Shown here: positions 8,934 to 19,054 of the stretch, piece after piece
Position numbering within the stretch: the stretch's first letter is position 1
Layout: every line of letters starts with the position of its first letter
DNA from: Dehalococcoidia bacterium
GTDB taxonomy: Bacteria > Chloroflexota > Dehalococcoidia > Plut-88900
NCBI GenBank assembly: GCA_965197645.1
Contig: OZ240219.1
Location: forward strand, 1,824,001 to 1,888,000
Direction of reading: 5' to 3'
DNA length: 64,000 bases
The notes under the pieces: generated by a model
The model's database searches: none
Seen by the model: only the letters and a program-made list of their open reading frames with translations
Told to the model about the DNA's origin: nothing
Position numbers and translations under genes: made by a program

Positions 8934-10274
8934 CTAGCCTCCCAGCAAGGCGGTAAGCTCTCGGATGCTGTCCAGGTTGGTCAGGTCCTCGGTCGTGGCT
9001 ATGATGTCGTCGGCGGTAGCAGCGCCCAGAATGTCGGCTGTTAGGAAACGGAACTTCTCCAGGAGCTGGGACCTGGGCGCTCGGTTACCGTAGTCGCCGA
9101 ACACTATATCTACCTCGGTCTTTAGCGTGCTTCCGTCCTTCAACCTGATCGACATCCGGCCCGAAGGCCCGTCGTCTCCATCTCTTGCTTCCTCGTCCGG
9201 CCTAGCGTGAATCTTGGAAAAGAGCTCCCGGACCGAATAGTCTTCCAGGGACCGGGGATAGAAGGTGGTTACGTCGGCGTGACCATGTACCAGGGCGGCA
9301 GCGACGGCGTAGGGCACGCTGAACTTGGCGGCCAGCATGTTCCGAGGGTACTCGCCGACCATTCCGGCCAGATAGTCTTGGGTTGCGACGTCTATGCTGG
9401 AGATGTCGTCGATGGAGAAGCCGTGCTGCTCCTTGACCCGTAAAGCGGCGTCGATTGCCGGATGGTTGAGGCGGCAGCAAGCGTGAAACTTGACGTAGTT
9501 CTGCTCTATGCGGTACTCGTTGCCCAGGTTGGCGGTAACTACCTCAGGGTCGAAGGAATCACCAAGGATGATGCCGAACATATCCGACGGGCCATCATGG
9601 ATGCCGGTGAAGCCGCACTCGTACATATCGATGGCCAGTATCCCCATCAAGCCCGACCGGCCGGGGTAGGCGTTGCGAATGGTGGCCCCTTCGTAGCAGG
9701 GGGTCCAGGAGTTGGCCGGGCTCATGCCCGCAGCGACGTTGATGAGATCGCGGATTTGGCCGGCGTCGTAGCCCTTCAGTTTGGCCACTGCGGATGCGGT
9801 TCCGATGACTCCCCAGTGACCGTGGGAGTGGACGTTGAATCGAGGCTTGGTAGCGGCGCCGAGCCTGGCCTCGACGTCGTAGCCCAGGACCAGGGCTTCC
9901 AGGAGCTGCCTGCCGCCGATGTTCATCTCTTCACCGATGGCGAGGATGCCCGGAAGGACGTGGATGCTGGGGTGTCCGGCGGCGAAGCGATTGCCTTCGT
10001 CCATCTCCAGGGCGATGCCAGCCGTGGCATTGACCAAGGTTGCGTACATCGGGTCGGCCCTGAGAGGATGGCCCAGGATTGTGGAGCTGAGGGATTTCGA
10101 TCTGGCATTAGCTACCTGGGCCAGCTTGGCGTTCTCGGGCAGCCGGCTGCCGGCAACTATGGCTCCCAGAGTGTCCAGGACGACATCCTGGGCATAGGTG
10201 GGGGTGCTTTCCGGCAGGTCCTCAAACGAGGTGGCGGCCACAAATTCGGAAAGCTGGTCGAGATAGTCTCCCAT
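8934..10274 (-). CDS. MmgE/PrpD family protein
   Basis: LEMDEG..GHPS, YVKFHACCR, AAKFSVPYAVA. Confidence 0.9.
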   Translation of the reverse strand: MGDYLDQLSEFVAATSFEDLPESTPTYAQDVVLDTLGAIVAGSRLPENAKLAQVANARSKSLSSTILGHPLRADPMYATLVNATAGIALEMDEGNRFAAGHPSIHVLPGILAIGEEMNIGGRQLLEALVLGYDVEARLGAATKPRFNVHSHGHWGVIGTASAVAKLKGYDAGQIRDLINVAAGMSPANSWTPCYEGATIRNAYPGRSGLMGILAIDMYECGFTGIHDGPSDMFGIILGDSFDPEVVTANLGNEYRIEQNYVKFHACCRLNHPAIDAALRVKEQHGFSIDDISSIDVATQDYLAGMVGEYPRNMLAAKFSVPYAVAAALVHGHADVTTFYPRSLEDYSVRELFSKIHARPDEEARDGDDGPSGRMSIRLKDGSTLKTEVDIVFGDYGNRAPRSQLLEKFRFLTADILGAATADDIIATTEDLTNLDSIRELTALLGG

Positions 10275-10341
10275 TTCTCACCTCCCGCTAGGGTCGCAAC
10301 GTAAGCGTAATACCGACGTAGCCGCGAAACCTGTTCGGCGT

Positions 10342-10920
10342 CTAGGGCTGACGACCGGCCAGGCCGAGAAGCTGGTCCTGGATGCCGGCGTTGGATGGCA
10401 CCTGAACCTCAGGCCCGAAGGCCCCCATATCTCGGGCCTGAGCCACGTCCTGCTGTATCGAGTTGTAAACCGCTTGGGCAAGTCCGGCGTCTATCGAGGT
10501 ATCCTGGTTGGTAGCTTTGCCCAAGTCCCATTTATGTATGACCACATCGCCGAACACGCGTAGGAGAAGGTCAGCGGCAGTCATCTCTCCCATCGGGGTC
10601 TGGAAGGCCTTGTCCGTGGCGCCTTGAGCCCGGACTGCTTGCAGCACAATCTTGGTGGCGGAATCGAACGCCTCACCGGCTCCTTCTGACGGTAGGTCAC
10701 CTTCTACCCGCATCACCTCCATCGGATCGCCCGCGGTGTCTCCGGTAACCAGGGCGGCGGTGAACTGGGCTACCTTCAGATTGTGAATGACCAGGTTCTT
10801 TACCGACCACTCGCTGCACGGTGTCGGGTCTTCCATTTGGCCTGGCGTGACGTTTCCTATGATGGGCAACATCTTCTGGACGGCGGCTTCGTAGAGCTCT
10901 ACCGGGTTTGGCTGTGCCAT
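10342..10920 (-). CDS. TIGR03086-like metal-binding protein (DinB/MDMPI superfamily)
   Basis: PTPCSEWSVKNLVIH, DVVIHKWDL, LLGLAGRQP. Confidence 0.85.
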   Translation of the reverse strand: MAQPNPVELYEAAVQKMLPIIGNVTPGQMEDPTPCSEWSVKNLVIHNLKVAQFTAALVTGDTAGDPMEVMRVEGDLPSEGAGEAFDSATKIVLQAVRAQGATDKAFQTPMGEMTAADLLLRVFGDVVIHKWDLGKATNQDTSIDAGLAQAVYNSIQQDVAQARDMGAFGPEVQVPSNAGIQDQLLGLAGRQP

Positions 10921-11022
10921 AGGGACTCCTTCTGACTAGCTATTGGAAACGGTTGAGTATCCCACTTGGTTTGGCGAAGAAGAGAGCGAGTATTCCGGTG
11001 AACTCAACATAGTAAGACGCTA

Positions 11023-11556
11023 CTAGCTAGTCTCGAAGGAAGCGGAACCGAAGATCAGCTTGAGCAGGATGTGCCCGGACACGGCAGCGACAACCGCGGC
11101 GTAACGGTACCGCAGCCCCGGGGCCGAACGGGTGCAGAGGAAGTAGGCGCCTTTGAAGAAGAAGTGGACCAGCACGTAGGCGATGAACCAGATGAACAAC
11201 GTGTGAGGTACCGACCATATTCCGTGATAGTTGCCCGATACCAGCAGGCTGTAATGGGTGGCGGCAAGGACGAAGAGAGTGGCGACTACAAGAGATGAGT
11301 AGGTCAGGATTTTGGCGTGGGCCGGAGGAGGAGGCGTCCAGGACTTCCTGTAACAGCTTGCAATCAGCCCGCCGGCCAGGGGTAGGAGGACCAGATCACC
11401 GATCATGAAGCCGGGGCTTCTGAGGAGGGTGTCGGTGATGGCGTCAACTCGCCAAGCGATTAACAGCAGGGATCCCCACCCGGTTACCAGGACCACGACT
11501 GCCACCAGAGTGGGCGGCCGCGTAAGCAGGGGCCTCAGGAGGTCATTCTGGGCCAT
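11023..11556 (-). CDS. Hypothetical membrane protein (~5 TM)
   Basis: Several hydrophobic helices; co-directional with neighbours. Confidence 0.6.
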   Translation of the reverse strand: MAQNDLLRPLLTRPPTLVAVVVLVTGWGSLLLIAWRVDAITDTLLRSPGFMIGDLVLLPLAGGLIASCYRKSWTPPPPAHAKILTYSSLVVATLFVLAATHYSLLVSGNYHGIWSVPHTLFIWFIAYVLVHFFFKGAYFLCTRSAPGLRYRYAAVVAAVSGHILLKLIFGSASFETS

Positions 11557-11576
11557 CTCACCGCCGTTACAGGGCG

Positions 11577-14500
11577 TTACTGACTGATGGGCCCGGGGGA
11601 TTGGGGCACGATAGCCGGGAGATCGAGCTCCTTGACCAGCTCGTTGAAAGCCGGAACGTCGTCGTCCACGACGTTGGTCAGCAGACCCAGCTGGGCGTCT
11701 ATGCGTCCCGATACATCAGTGAAGACCTCGTAGGTCTGCTTGGGCGGAGCGAAATCGGCGCTGGCAACCACTTTTGGCAGCTCGGCGAGGATGTTGTTCA
11801 GTCTCACCGGCAGATCGAGGCGGTCCCGGGCGCCCCGGTAGTCGACTTGGATGAGCCGGTCTTCGATGGCGGCGAGCTTCTCCAATATGGGCACCGCGGC
11901 ATCGGATACGGCGTCAGAGGACGGGCCGCCCTGGGCTCGCTGGACCCACTGGTTGACCTGCTCCCTGACGCTGCGCAGCTTGTTGACGCCATCGTGGGTC
12001 TCCGAGAGTTTGTCACGGATCCGGATGAGCAGATCGAACTGGGCCTGCAGATCGTCCTGAGGGGTCGAGACCCTGGGGTCTTTGAGGATCTCGAAGGACT
12101 CGGTGCTAGAAACGCCGTCGACAGTTAAACGCACCTGGTAGGCGCCGGGAGGGGCCAAGGGGCCGAACTTGACCTCGTCTTCCGTGGACTTGTCATCGGG
12201 TACCTTGCGAGGGGGAGGATAGCGCATGTCCCAGACGAAACGGTTCATGCCGGCATCGGAGGGCGCCTTGAGGGTCTCATCGTCGGACTGGCTGGAAAAG
12301 GTCCTGATCACCTGTCCGCCGGCCTCGGTGAACTCCAATCGAATCTCATTCTCCGGCTTCCGCTCGAGATAGTAGTTGACCAGAGCACCTGAGGGAGCAT
12401 TCTTTCCCGCATCGAGAAAGACCACTTCGGACGAGCCGCCCGGTTTCTTGGCCTCGTAGAAGGCCAGTGGTGTGCCGAAGGCGATTCCGTAGTTCTTGCC
12501 GGGCCCAGCGGCCCCGTTCTCGTAAGATGCGGCTCTCATGCGGTGGGCGGGCCGGGGTGTCAGGAGGTTAAACCCGGAACCGTCAGAGCCCTCAGCGACC
12601 TGATGGAGGAGGGTGAGGTCGTCCAGGACCCAGAAGGAGCGGCCGTGGGTGGAGGCGACGAGATCAGTGCCTTTGACCACCAGATCGTAGATGGGCACTT
12701 TGGGCAGGTTGGTCTGCAGGGGTTGCCAGGCGCCGCCATCGTCGAAGGAGACGTACACCCCTGTCTCGGTGCCGGCGTACAGCAGGCCCTTTCGGGACGG
12801 GTCTTCACGGACTACCCTGGTGAAATCATCGGTGGGGATGCCGCCGACAATCTGCGTCCAGGACCGGCCGTAGTCGGTAGTCCGGTAGAGCATGGGCCGG
12901 GTATCGTCCAGCTTGTATCGAGTGGCAGCCACGTAAGCGGTGGCGGGATCGTGGGGAGACTGCTCGATCATGCAGACCAGGCTCCACTCCGGTAGGCTTT
13001 CAGGGGTGACGTTGTCCCAGGTATCGCCGCCGTCCCTGGAGATGTGGACGAGACCATCATCGGAGCCGGTCCAGAGAACCCCTTCTTCGTGGGGCGACTC
13101 CACTAAGGCGAAAATGGTGCAATAGACCTCGGCGCCTGAGGAGTCCTTGGTGATAGGGCCACCCGAAGGCTCCAGCTTCGACGGATCGTTGCGGGTGAGA
13201 TCGGGGCTTATGGCCTCCCAGCTGCCGCCCTGGTCTGTGGAACGGAACAGCTGGTTGCCGGCGGCGTAGAGCACGTCGGGATCGTGGGGTGAGAACTGGA
13301 TGGGATAGGTCCACTGGAACCGGTACTTCATCGCTTTGGCGCCCATGCCGGTGGTCAGCTCTGGCCAGACGGTGATGATTCGGATCTGGCCCGTGGCCCG
13401 GTCGTAGCGGAGGAAGTTGCCGCCACCACCCGGAGAGCTGCCGATAGCGCCGGAAAAGACTAGATTGGGGTCCTGGGGGTGGACGGCTATGTGCCCGCTC
13501 TCCGAGCCGCCCACGGTGTAGCAATCGTCCCACGGGATAGCGCCCTTGGCGCTCCAGGAGGGCACGCTGATGGCGGAGTTGTCCTGCTGCGTCCCGTAAA
13601 CCCTATAGGGAAACTGGTCATCGGTGGTGACGTGATAGAACTGGGAGGTCATCTGGTTGTAGATCGTGGACCAGGACTCGCCGGCGTTGAAGGAGATGCA
13701 GGCGCCTCCGTCGTTCCCCTCTATCATGCGCTGCGGGTCGTTGGGGTCTATCCACAGATCGTGGTTGTCGCCGTGGGGAGTGGTGACTTCGGTGAAGGTG
13801 GCACCCCCATCAACGGACTTCCATGCCTTGTAGTTGAGGACCCAAACCGTGTTGGCATCCTGGGGATCGGCGAAGATGTGCTGGTAGTACCAGGGGCGGC
13901 CCTGAATGTCCCGGTTATCGGTGATCAGGCCCCAGGTAGCGCCACCGTCGTCGGAGCGATACAGGCCGAACTCCTTGGCCTCGATCGTGGCGTATATCCT
14001 CTCGGGTCTGGAAGGAGAAACGGCGATGCCGATGCGGCCCATGGGCCCGCTTGGCAGGCCGGGGTTGCCGCTAATGTCAGTCCACGTGTCGCCGCCATCG
14101 GTGGAGTGGAAAATGCCGCTTTCCGGGCCGCCGCTGATCAGGCTGTGGGGCGTCCGTTGGACCTGCCAGAGGCTGGCGAACAGCCTGCGAGGGTTGGTCG
14201 GGTCCATGGACAGATCGATGGCGCCGGTCTTCTCGCTGCGGAACAGGACTCGCTCCCAGGCCCGGCCGCCGTCCCGGGACCTGAAGACTCCCCGCTCCTC
14301 GTTGGGGCCGTATGCATGGCCCAGTGCGGCGACGTAGACCGTGTCCGGGTCCGAAGGATGGATGCGAATGCGGGCGATGTGACGGGTGTCGGACAGGCCG
14401 ACATTGCTCCAGCTCTTGCCCTTGTCCGTGGACCTGTAGACTCCGTCTCCGTGGGAGACGTTGCCGCGGATGCAGGACTCTCCGGTGCCGGCGTAGACCA

Positions 14501-14750
14501 CGTTGGTATCGGAGTCGGAGACGGCGATAGCGCCGACGGCCGCGGTGTTGAAGTAGCCGTCGGAAACGTTCTCCCAGTAGGTCCCGCCATCGTTCGTCTT
14601 CCACACTCCACCGGCGCAAGCGCCGAAGTAGAAAACGGGGGCGTCGACCGGGTCACCGGCCACGGCCACGACCCGTCCGCCTCGCGGTGGACCTATGCAA
14701 CGCCATTCCACGGTTTGAAGAAGGGAAGGGTCTACGGTCACGCCTACCAC
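11577..14750 (-). CDS. Vps10/sortilin-like BNR-repeat beta-propeller protein (glycosyl hydrolase-like)
   Basis: WRCIGPPRGGRVVAVAG; many S-x-D-G-G-x-T/S-W BNR repeats; HGDNHDLWIDP; GMNRFVWD. Confidence 0.88.
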   Translation of the reverse strand: MVGVTVDPSLLQTVEWRCIGPPRGGRVVAVAGDPVDAPVFYFGACAGGVWKTNDGGTYWENVSDGYFNTAAVGAIAVSDSDTNVVYAGTGESCIRGNVSHGDGVYRSTDKGKSWSNVGLSDTRHIARIRIHPSDPDTVYVAALGHAYGPNEERGVFRSRDGGRAWERVLFRSEKTGAIDLSMDPTNPRRLFASLWQVQRTPHSLISGGPESGIFHSTDGGDTWTDISGNPGLPSGPMGRIGIAVSPSRPERIYATIEAKEFGLYRSDDGGATWGLITDNRDIQGRPWYYQHIFADPQDANTVWVLNYKAWKSVDGGATFTEVTTPHGDNHDLWIDPNDPQRMIEGNDGGACISFNAGESWSTIYNQMTSQFYHVTTDDQFPYRVYGTQQDNSAISVPSWSAKGAIPWDDCYTVGGSESGHIAVHPQDPNLVFSGAIGSSPGGGGNFLRYDRATGQIRIITVWPELTTGMGAKAMKYRFQWTYPIQFSPHDPDVLYAAGNQLFRSTDQGGSWEAISPDLTRNDPSKLEPSGGPITKDSSGAEVYCTIFALVESPHEEGVLWTGSDDGLVHISRDGGDTWDNVTPESLPEWSLVCMIEQSPHDPATAYVAATRYKLDDTRPMLYRTTDYGRSWTQIVGGIPTDDFTRVVREDPSRKGLLYAGTETGVYVSFDDGGAWQPLQTNLPKVPIYDLVVKGTDLVASTHGRSFWVLDDLTLLHQVAEGSDGSGFNLLTPRPAHRMRAASYENGAAGPGKNYGIAFGTPLAFYEAKKPGGSSEVVFLDAGKNAPSGALVNYYLERKPENEIRLEFTEAGGQVIRTFSSQSDDETLKAPSDAGMNRFVWDMRYPPPRKVPDDKSTEDEVKFGPLAPPGAYQVRLTVDGVSSTESFEILKDPRVSTPQDDLQAQFDLLIRIRDKLSETHDGVNKLRSVREQVNQWVQRAQGGPSSDAVSDAAVPILEKLAAIEDRLIQVDYRGARDRLDLPVRLNNILAELPKVVASADFAPPKQTYEVFTDVSGRIDAQLGLLTNVVDDDVPAFNELVKELDLPAIVPQSPGPISQ

Positions 14751-14783
14751 CTCCTGTCCGGCTAGTCGGTTATCGATTCGTAG

Positions 14784-15002
14784 TTAGGAGCGGTCGGAAG
14801 AGGGTGGCTGAGACCTGAACCGGCCCCTGACGAAGGAGATGACCGCGTCCACTACGAACCAGGTGCCCAGGAAGGCTATGGCCTCCAGGGTGAAGCTGCC
14901 GAGCTTGTAGAACATCTCGGCGATGATCAGTGAGAGACCGAAGGCCGGGGCCTGTTGCAGGATCAAAGAGCTTAGTGGAAGAGCCCTGATGAGCGAAAAC
15001 AT
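14784..15002 (-). CDS. Small hypothetical membrane protein, 72 aa
   Basis: GGAGG RBS; two hydrophobic segments (IAEMFYKLGSFTLEAIAFLGTWFVVD). Confidence 0.7.
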   Translation of the reverse strand: MFSLIRALPLSSLILQQAPAFGLSLIIAEMFYKLGSFTLEAIAFLGTWFVVDAVISFVRGRFRSQPPSSDRS

Positions 15003-15139
15003 GCTAAACCTCCTCCGTGGGCTAAAGCCGGTGGGAACCTACAGATGTTGGTTGGAGAATAACAGGCTACCAAAACGGGGTCAACAGAACGTTCCAGAAG
15101 CACGGACATTCCCAACTGACGACGGCCCGGCTTGCTGAA

Positions 15140-15970
15140 TCAGGCCCGGACTGCCACCAGCTGGACCACCCGTATTCGATCTTCCTCCAGGTTTCGGACC
15201 ATGTTCCCCATCTTCTCTCGAGCGTCCCGGCCCATAACGAGATGAAGGCCCAAAGGGCTGGGGCCCCGCTCACGGGCCCTGGCTAGAAACCGGTGGAACC
15301 AGTCCAGCGACAGCCGCGTGAGGTCGTTCCAGGCATCTATCCGGAAACCGGCGTCACTGATGTCCTGTTGCATCTGAGACTCGGAACTGAGAAAGCTGAT
15401 GGAGGGCTCGCCGGCCCACGGCACAGGGAAATGAGGTGGCCCGCCATCGCCGCTGAGCACTTCGTAGCTGACGAGTCTGCCCCCGGGCCTGGTTACCCTG
15501 TGTATCTCGGCGAAGAGGCCGGGTTTGTCGGGGATGTTCATGGTGGTGTGCTGGGTCCACGCTATGTCGAAGGAGGCCGGCTCGAAGGGCATTTCAGTAG
15601 CGTCTCCGTGACGGTAGTCGACAAGATGGCCGAGACCGGTGCGTTGGGCCAATTCATCCGCGACCTGGCAGTACTCCTCCGTAATGTCGATACCGGTAAC
15701 CCGGCAGCCGAACTTGTGGGCCAGCAGTCGTGATGGGCCGCCGATGCCGCAGCCGATGTCAAGAACGTGCATGTCCGGGGTTGGTCGGACCAGTTCGGCC
15801 AGCTCCAGGGTCGCCTCCCGACCTCGGACGTGAAATTCGTCAACGGGCGCCAGGTCATCGACCGTCAGAGCTTCTATGTCCTTGCCCAACTCTTGAAGGG
15901 CAGAGAGTATAGATCGCCCCAGATTGCGCTGGAAGTAGTGATGCTCGATGGAGCTACCGAGGTTGCTCAT
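15140..15970 (-). CDS. Class I SAM-dependent methyltransferase (sarcosine/dimethylglycine N-methyltransferase-like)
   Basis: LAPVDEFHVRG, VLDIGCGIGG, LRPGG-like TRPGG, FPVPWA. Confidence 0.85.
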   Translation of the reverse strand: MSNLGSSIEHHYFQRNLGRSILSALQELGKDIEALTVDDLAPVDEFHVRGREATLELAELVRPTPDMHVLDIGCGIGGPSRLLAHKFGCRVTGIDITEEYCQVADELAQRTGLGHLVDYRHGDATEMPFEPASFDIAWTQHTTMNIPDKPGLFAEIHRVTRPGGRLVSYEVLSGDGGPPHFPVPWAGEPSISFLSSESQMQQDISDAGFRIDAWNDLTRLSLDWFHRFLARARERGPSPLGLHLVMGRDAREKMGNMVRNLEEDRIRVVQLVAVRA

Positions 15971-16020
15971 TTCTGTCTCTGTTTGGCCTTTGGCGCCGGC
16001 GAGGCAAAAGCCGGGGATGC

Positions 16021-17100
16021 TCAGCTGTGGCGTCCGTACCTGTTCATAGCTTTTTGCAGCTCATCGAGGGGGAGAGCGTGGGCAGTGCGGCCGCGGAAAC
16101 CGGTCATAGTCTCGGCGGAGGTGAGGGCGTTGATGATCGACTCTTCCACCGCTTCGGCAACTCCGTCGAAGACTGGGCTGATGTGCTCCAGGGGAAACAT
16201 CTTCACTTCAAGAGGCTGGGAGCCCTCGGTGACGTGGTTGCCGGTCGAGAAGGCCATGAAGATGTCTCCGCTGCCGTTGTGCCCGGAGCCTCCGGCCCGG
16301 GAGAGGCCGACGGCAGCCCGCTTGGCGAGGCGTTGGCACTGGATGGGAAGCAGAGGAGCATCGGTGGCGACAACGATGATGATGGACCCTCCGCCGGATA
16401 CGGACTCTCCGGGGAGAGGAGTGATCTCGGGACCGATTTCAAGACCGACGGGTACGCCGTCGACACGGAGGTCGGATCGAGCGCCATAGCCGTAGTTGGA
16501 CTGGACGAGGGCGCCGACGGTGAATCGCCCGCTCCTGGTGTCCACCAGCCGGGAGGAGGTGCCGATGCCTCCTTTGAAGTCGTGGCAGAGCATGCCGGTG
16601 CCGCCGCCGACGTTGCCCTCGGCGGGTGTGCCACTGGATGCCGCACCAATGGCCTGGAAGACGTGCTCCTTGGTGAGGTGAAAGGCGTCGATGTCGTTGA
16701 GGAAGCCGTCATAGGTCTCGGCGACGATGGGCAGAAGCCAGGTATCAGCGCGACCGCTTTCGATGGCGTACTCGACGATGCTGTCACGCACCATGCCCAC
16801 CTGATGGGTGTTGGTGATGCCTACTATCGATCCCAGTATTCCCGACTCTTCGATCCAGGGGATCCCTGTCATCTCCCCGTTGCCGTTGAACGAAAAATAT
16901 CCGCAAAAGGCCATATCGTTCCATATCTCGCCGTCCCGGGGAACGATGACGGTTACGCCGGTGCGCGCCACCCGGGGTTCATCGTGTATCAGGGTGGTGT
17001 GACCTACCAGGATGCCGGGTACATCCGTGATGGCGTTGTAGGGGCCGACTGGCATGCGGCCGATGGTCAGTCCAAGGTCTCGTAAGCGGGCACGTGGCAT
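16021..17100 (-). CDS. DmpA-like P1/S58 family peptidase (L-aminopeptidase/D-esterase)
   Basis: NAITDVPG, EGNVGGGTGM, FKGGIGTSSR, G|SIIIVVATDAPL autocleavage site; GGAGGG RBS before the ATG at ~17100. Confidence 0.9.
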   Translation of the reverse strand: MPRARLRDLGLTIGRMPVGPYNAITDVPGILVGHTTLIHDEPRVARTGVTVIVPRDGEIWNDMAFCGYFSFNGNGEMTGIPWIEESGILGSIVGITNTHQVGMVRDSIVEYAIESGRADTWLLPIVAETYDGFLNDIDAFHLTKEHVFQAIGAASSGTPAEGNVGGGTGMLCHDFKGGIGTSSRLVDTRSGRFTVGALVQSNYGYGARSDLRVDGVPVGLEIGPEITPLPGESVSGGGSIIIVVATDAPLLPIQCQRLAKRAAVGLSRAGGSGHNGSGDIFMAFSTGNHVTEGSQPLEVKMFPLEHISPVFDGVAEAVEESIINALTSAETMTGFRGRTAHALPLDELQKAMNRYGRHS

Positions 17101-17341
17101 CATCACCCTCCAATACCGGGAACAAAGAGGCTCACTGTAGTAGTCGACCGGCAGTGTCGCCTTTCCACATTTCACCGAGCTTCGATTCTATAGGGCCGGA
17201 GTCCTGACTACCAGGGACGCGGTCGAACTTACCGGCTACCGCTTCGGCCCAGGACTCCTTCTGGAACTCATGGCAGTCCCTCCTGTAATCATAGCAATTG
17301 CCCCGGTGATGATAGCAACCATTGTGACGGGATGCGCAATG

Positions 17342-17371
17342 TTGACAAGTTATATGCGGGTCTTTTACTAT
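17342..17371 (+). promoter_or_regulatory. Sigma70-type promoter
   Basis: TTGACA-N18-TACTAT. Confidence 0.7.
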
Positions 17372-17418
17372 GGGATTGCCCTAGGGGTGTCAAGGACAGT
17401 CCCTGAAAGGAGGGCGAC

Positions 17419-17493
17419 GTGAAAAGACTAAACGTCCTGTTCTGTCGCTGGGACTTCGACCTTATAGACCCCACCGGCGGTGATGGAGGATAG
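17419..17493 (+). CDS. Putative 24-aa small ORF MKRLNVLFCRWDFDLIDPTGGDGG
   Basis: AAAGGAGGG RBS a few nt before GTG; downstream of a consensus promoter. Confidence 0.5.
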   Translation: MKRLNVLFCRWDFDLIDPTGGDGG

Positions 17494-17501
17494 CGGGAGT
17501 G

Positions 17502-17570
17502 ATGAAGAGGGTCGCCGGTGGGGAACCCGGCAGTCCATTCCGGCCCTATCCAGATGAGGAGACCGCTTAA
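17502..17570 (+). CDS. Possible second 22-aa small ORF MKRVAGGEPGSPFRPYPDEETA
   Basis: GGGAG before ATG; follows the first sORF by 8 nt; overlaps a helix, so it may be non-coding. Confidence 0.25.
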   Translation: MKRVAGGEPGSPFRPYPDEETA

Positions 17571-17640
17571 AGCGAACCTGCTCCGGTCGTGAATACCGGG
17601 ATAGCAAGGCTGAGAACGGATCAAGAGTTGAGAGATCACA

Positions 17641-17672
17641 AAAGGGGCCGGGACGAAAGTCCCGGCCCCTTT
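17641..17672. terminator. Bidirectional intrinsic terminator
   Basis: AAAGGGGCCGGGAC-GAAA-GTCCCGGCCCCTTT. Confidence 0.85.
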
Positions 17673-17704
17673 CGCGTGTCTAGCTTATCCGGTCTCGGTT
17701 GGGT

Positions 17705-19042
17705 TTAGCCGAACTGGGCCGACTCGGTCGATCCGGCCAGAGCAGCGGTGGAGGACTCGCCTCCAGTGACCGACATCAGGACTTCATCGAAGTAGCCCGT
17801 GCCGACCTCCTGCTGGTGCCGGGCCGCTGTGTACCCGTCGGCCTCGCGAGCGAACTCCTGCTCCTGTATCTCTACGTAGGCGGACATACCCCGTTCATTG
17901 AACTCCTTAGCCAGCTCGAAGGCGTTGAGATTCACCATGTGCCATCCGGCCAGAGTGATGAACTGGAACTTGTAGCCCATCCCGGTCAGCTGTCGACGGA
18001 AATCGGCGATTTCGGAGTCGCTCATGTGCGCCTTCCAATTGAAGGAGGGGGAGCAGTTGTAGGCGAGGAGCTTGCCGGGAAACTCGGAGTGAATGGCGTC
18101 GGCGAACTCCCGGGCCTCCTGAATGTCCGGTTCCGAGGTCTCGCACCACAGCATATCGGAGTAGGGGGCGTAGGCCAGGCCCCTGGCTACGGCGGAGTCC
18201 AGCCCATCGCGCGTCCGATAGTAGCCCTCCTGGGTCCGCTCTCCGGTGGTGAAGATCCCGTCGGCAGGATCGATATCGCTGGTGAGAAGGGTGGCGTTCA
18301 GGGCATCGGTCCGTGCTACGACCAGGGTCGGCACGTCGAGAACGTCGGCGGCCAGACGGGCAGCGTTTAGAGTCCGAACGAACTGGGAGGTGGGAATGAG
18401 CACCTTTCCGCCCAGGTGCCCGCACTTCTTCTCGGCCGCCAGCTGGTCCTCGAAGTGGACGCCGGCCGCACCGGCCTCGATCATCGACTTCATCAGCTCG
18501 AAGGCGTGGATAGGCCCACCGAAACCGGCTTCGGCATCGGCCACGATGGGCGCATACCAGTAGACCCCATTCTTGCCAGGCTGGTGACCGTTGTCCCCGT
18601 GACTGGCAGCATTGTTCTGAATGTTGCTGATCTGGTCTGCCCGTGTGAGGGCGTTGTTCAACCGCTTGACCAGCGCCGGAGTGCTGTTGGACGGATAGAG
18701 ACTCTGATCAGGATAGGTGTTAGCCGAAAGATTGGCGTCGGCGGCCACCTGCCATCCACTGACATAGATGGCTTTGAGACCTGCTCTAATCATCTGAACG
18801 GCCTGCGCACCGGTGAGAGCGCCAAAAGTGGCCACGTAGTCGTCGTTGTTTAGAAGGCTCCACAGGCGCTGGGCACCGGCTTCGGCGACGGTGTAAGAGA
18901 CCTTGAGGCTGCTCCGGAGTCTGATGACGTCGGAGGCGGCATAGTCTCGCTTGATGCCCTGCCATCGGGGTTCTCGGGCCCAGCGCTCTTCAAGTGTTTC
19001 GGCTTCCCTCTTTCGTTCCGTTCCGTTGGTGCTCACGGGCAC
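17705..19042 (-). CDS. aceA: Isocitrate lyase
   Basis: [10 protein letters not shown] catalytic motif, [33 protein letters not shown]; the true start may be GTG 19036. Confidence 0.96.
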   Translation of the reverse strand: MPVSTNGTERKREAETLEERWAREPRWQGIKRDYAASDVIRLRSSLKVSYTVAEAGAQRLWSLLNNDDYVATFGALTGAQAVQMIRAGLKAIYVSGWQVAADANLSANTYPDQSLYPSNSTPALVKRLNNALTRADQISNIQNNAASHGDNGHQPGKNGVYWYAPIVADAEAGFGGPIHAFELMKSMIEAGAAGVHFEDQLAAEKKCGHLGGKVLIPTSQFVRTLNAARLAADVLDVPTLVVARTDALNATLLTSDIDPADGIFTTGERTQEGYYRTRDGLDSAVARGLAYAPYSDMLWCETSEPDIQEAREFADAIHSEFPGKLLAYNCSPSFNWKAHMSDSEIADFRRQLTGMGYKFQFITLAGWHMVNLNAFELAKEFNERGMSAYVEIQEQEFAREADGYTAARHQQEVGTGYFDEVLMSVTGGESSTAALAGSTESAQFG

Positions 19043-19054
19043 CTCCTTTTTGAT

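Noticed and set aside
13479-14765. Long antisense ORFs (also 16027-17085, 28421-29578 and others)
   Set aside because: Shadow ORFs of GC3-rich genes on the opposite strand, with no recognisable motifs.
17552-17604. TPP riboswitch or hammerhead (ATGAG..ACC..GAACCTGCTCCGG..AATACCGG; CAGATGA)
   Set aside because: Lacks UGAGA, CCUGAU and the closing CGxAGGGA; no hammerhead GAAA; no downstream gene to regulate.
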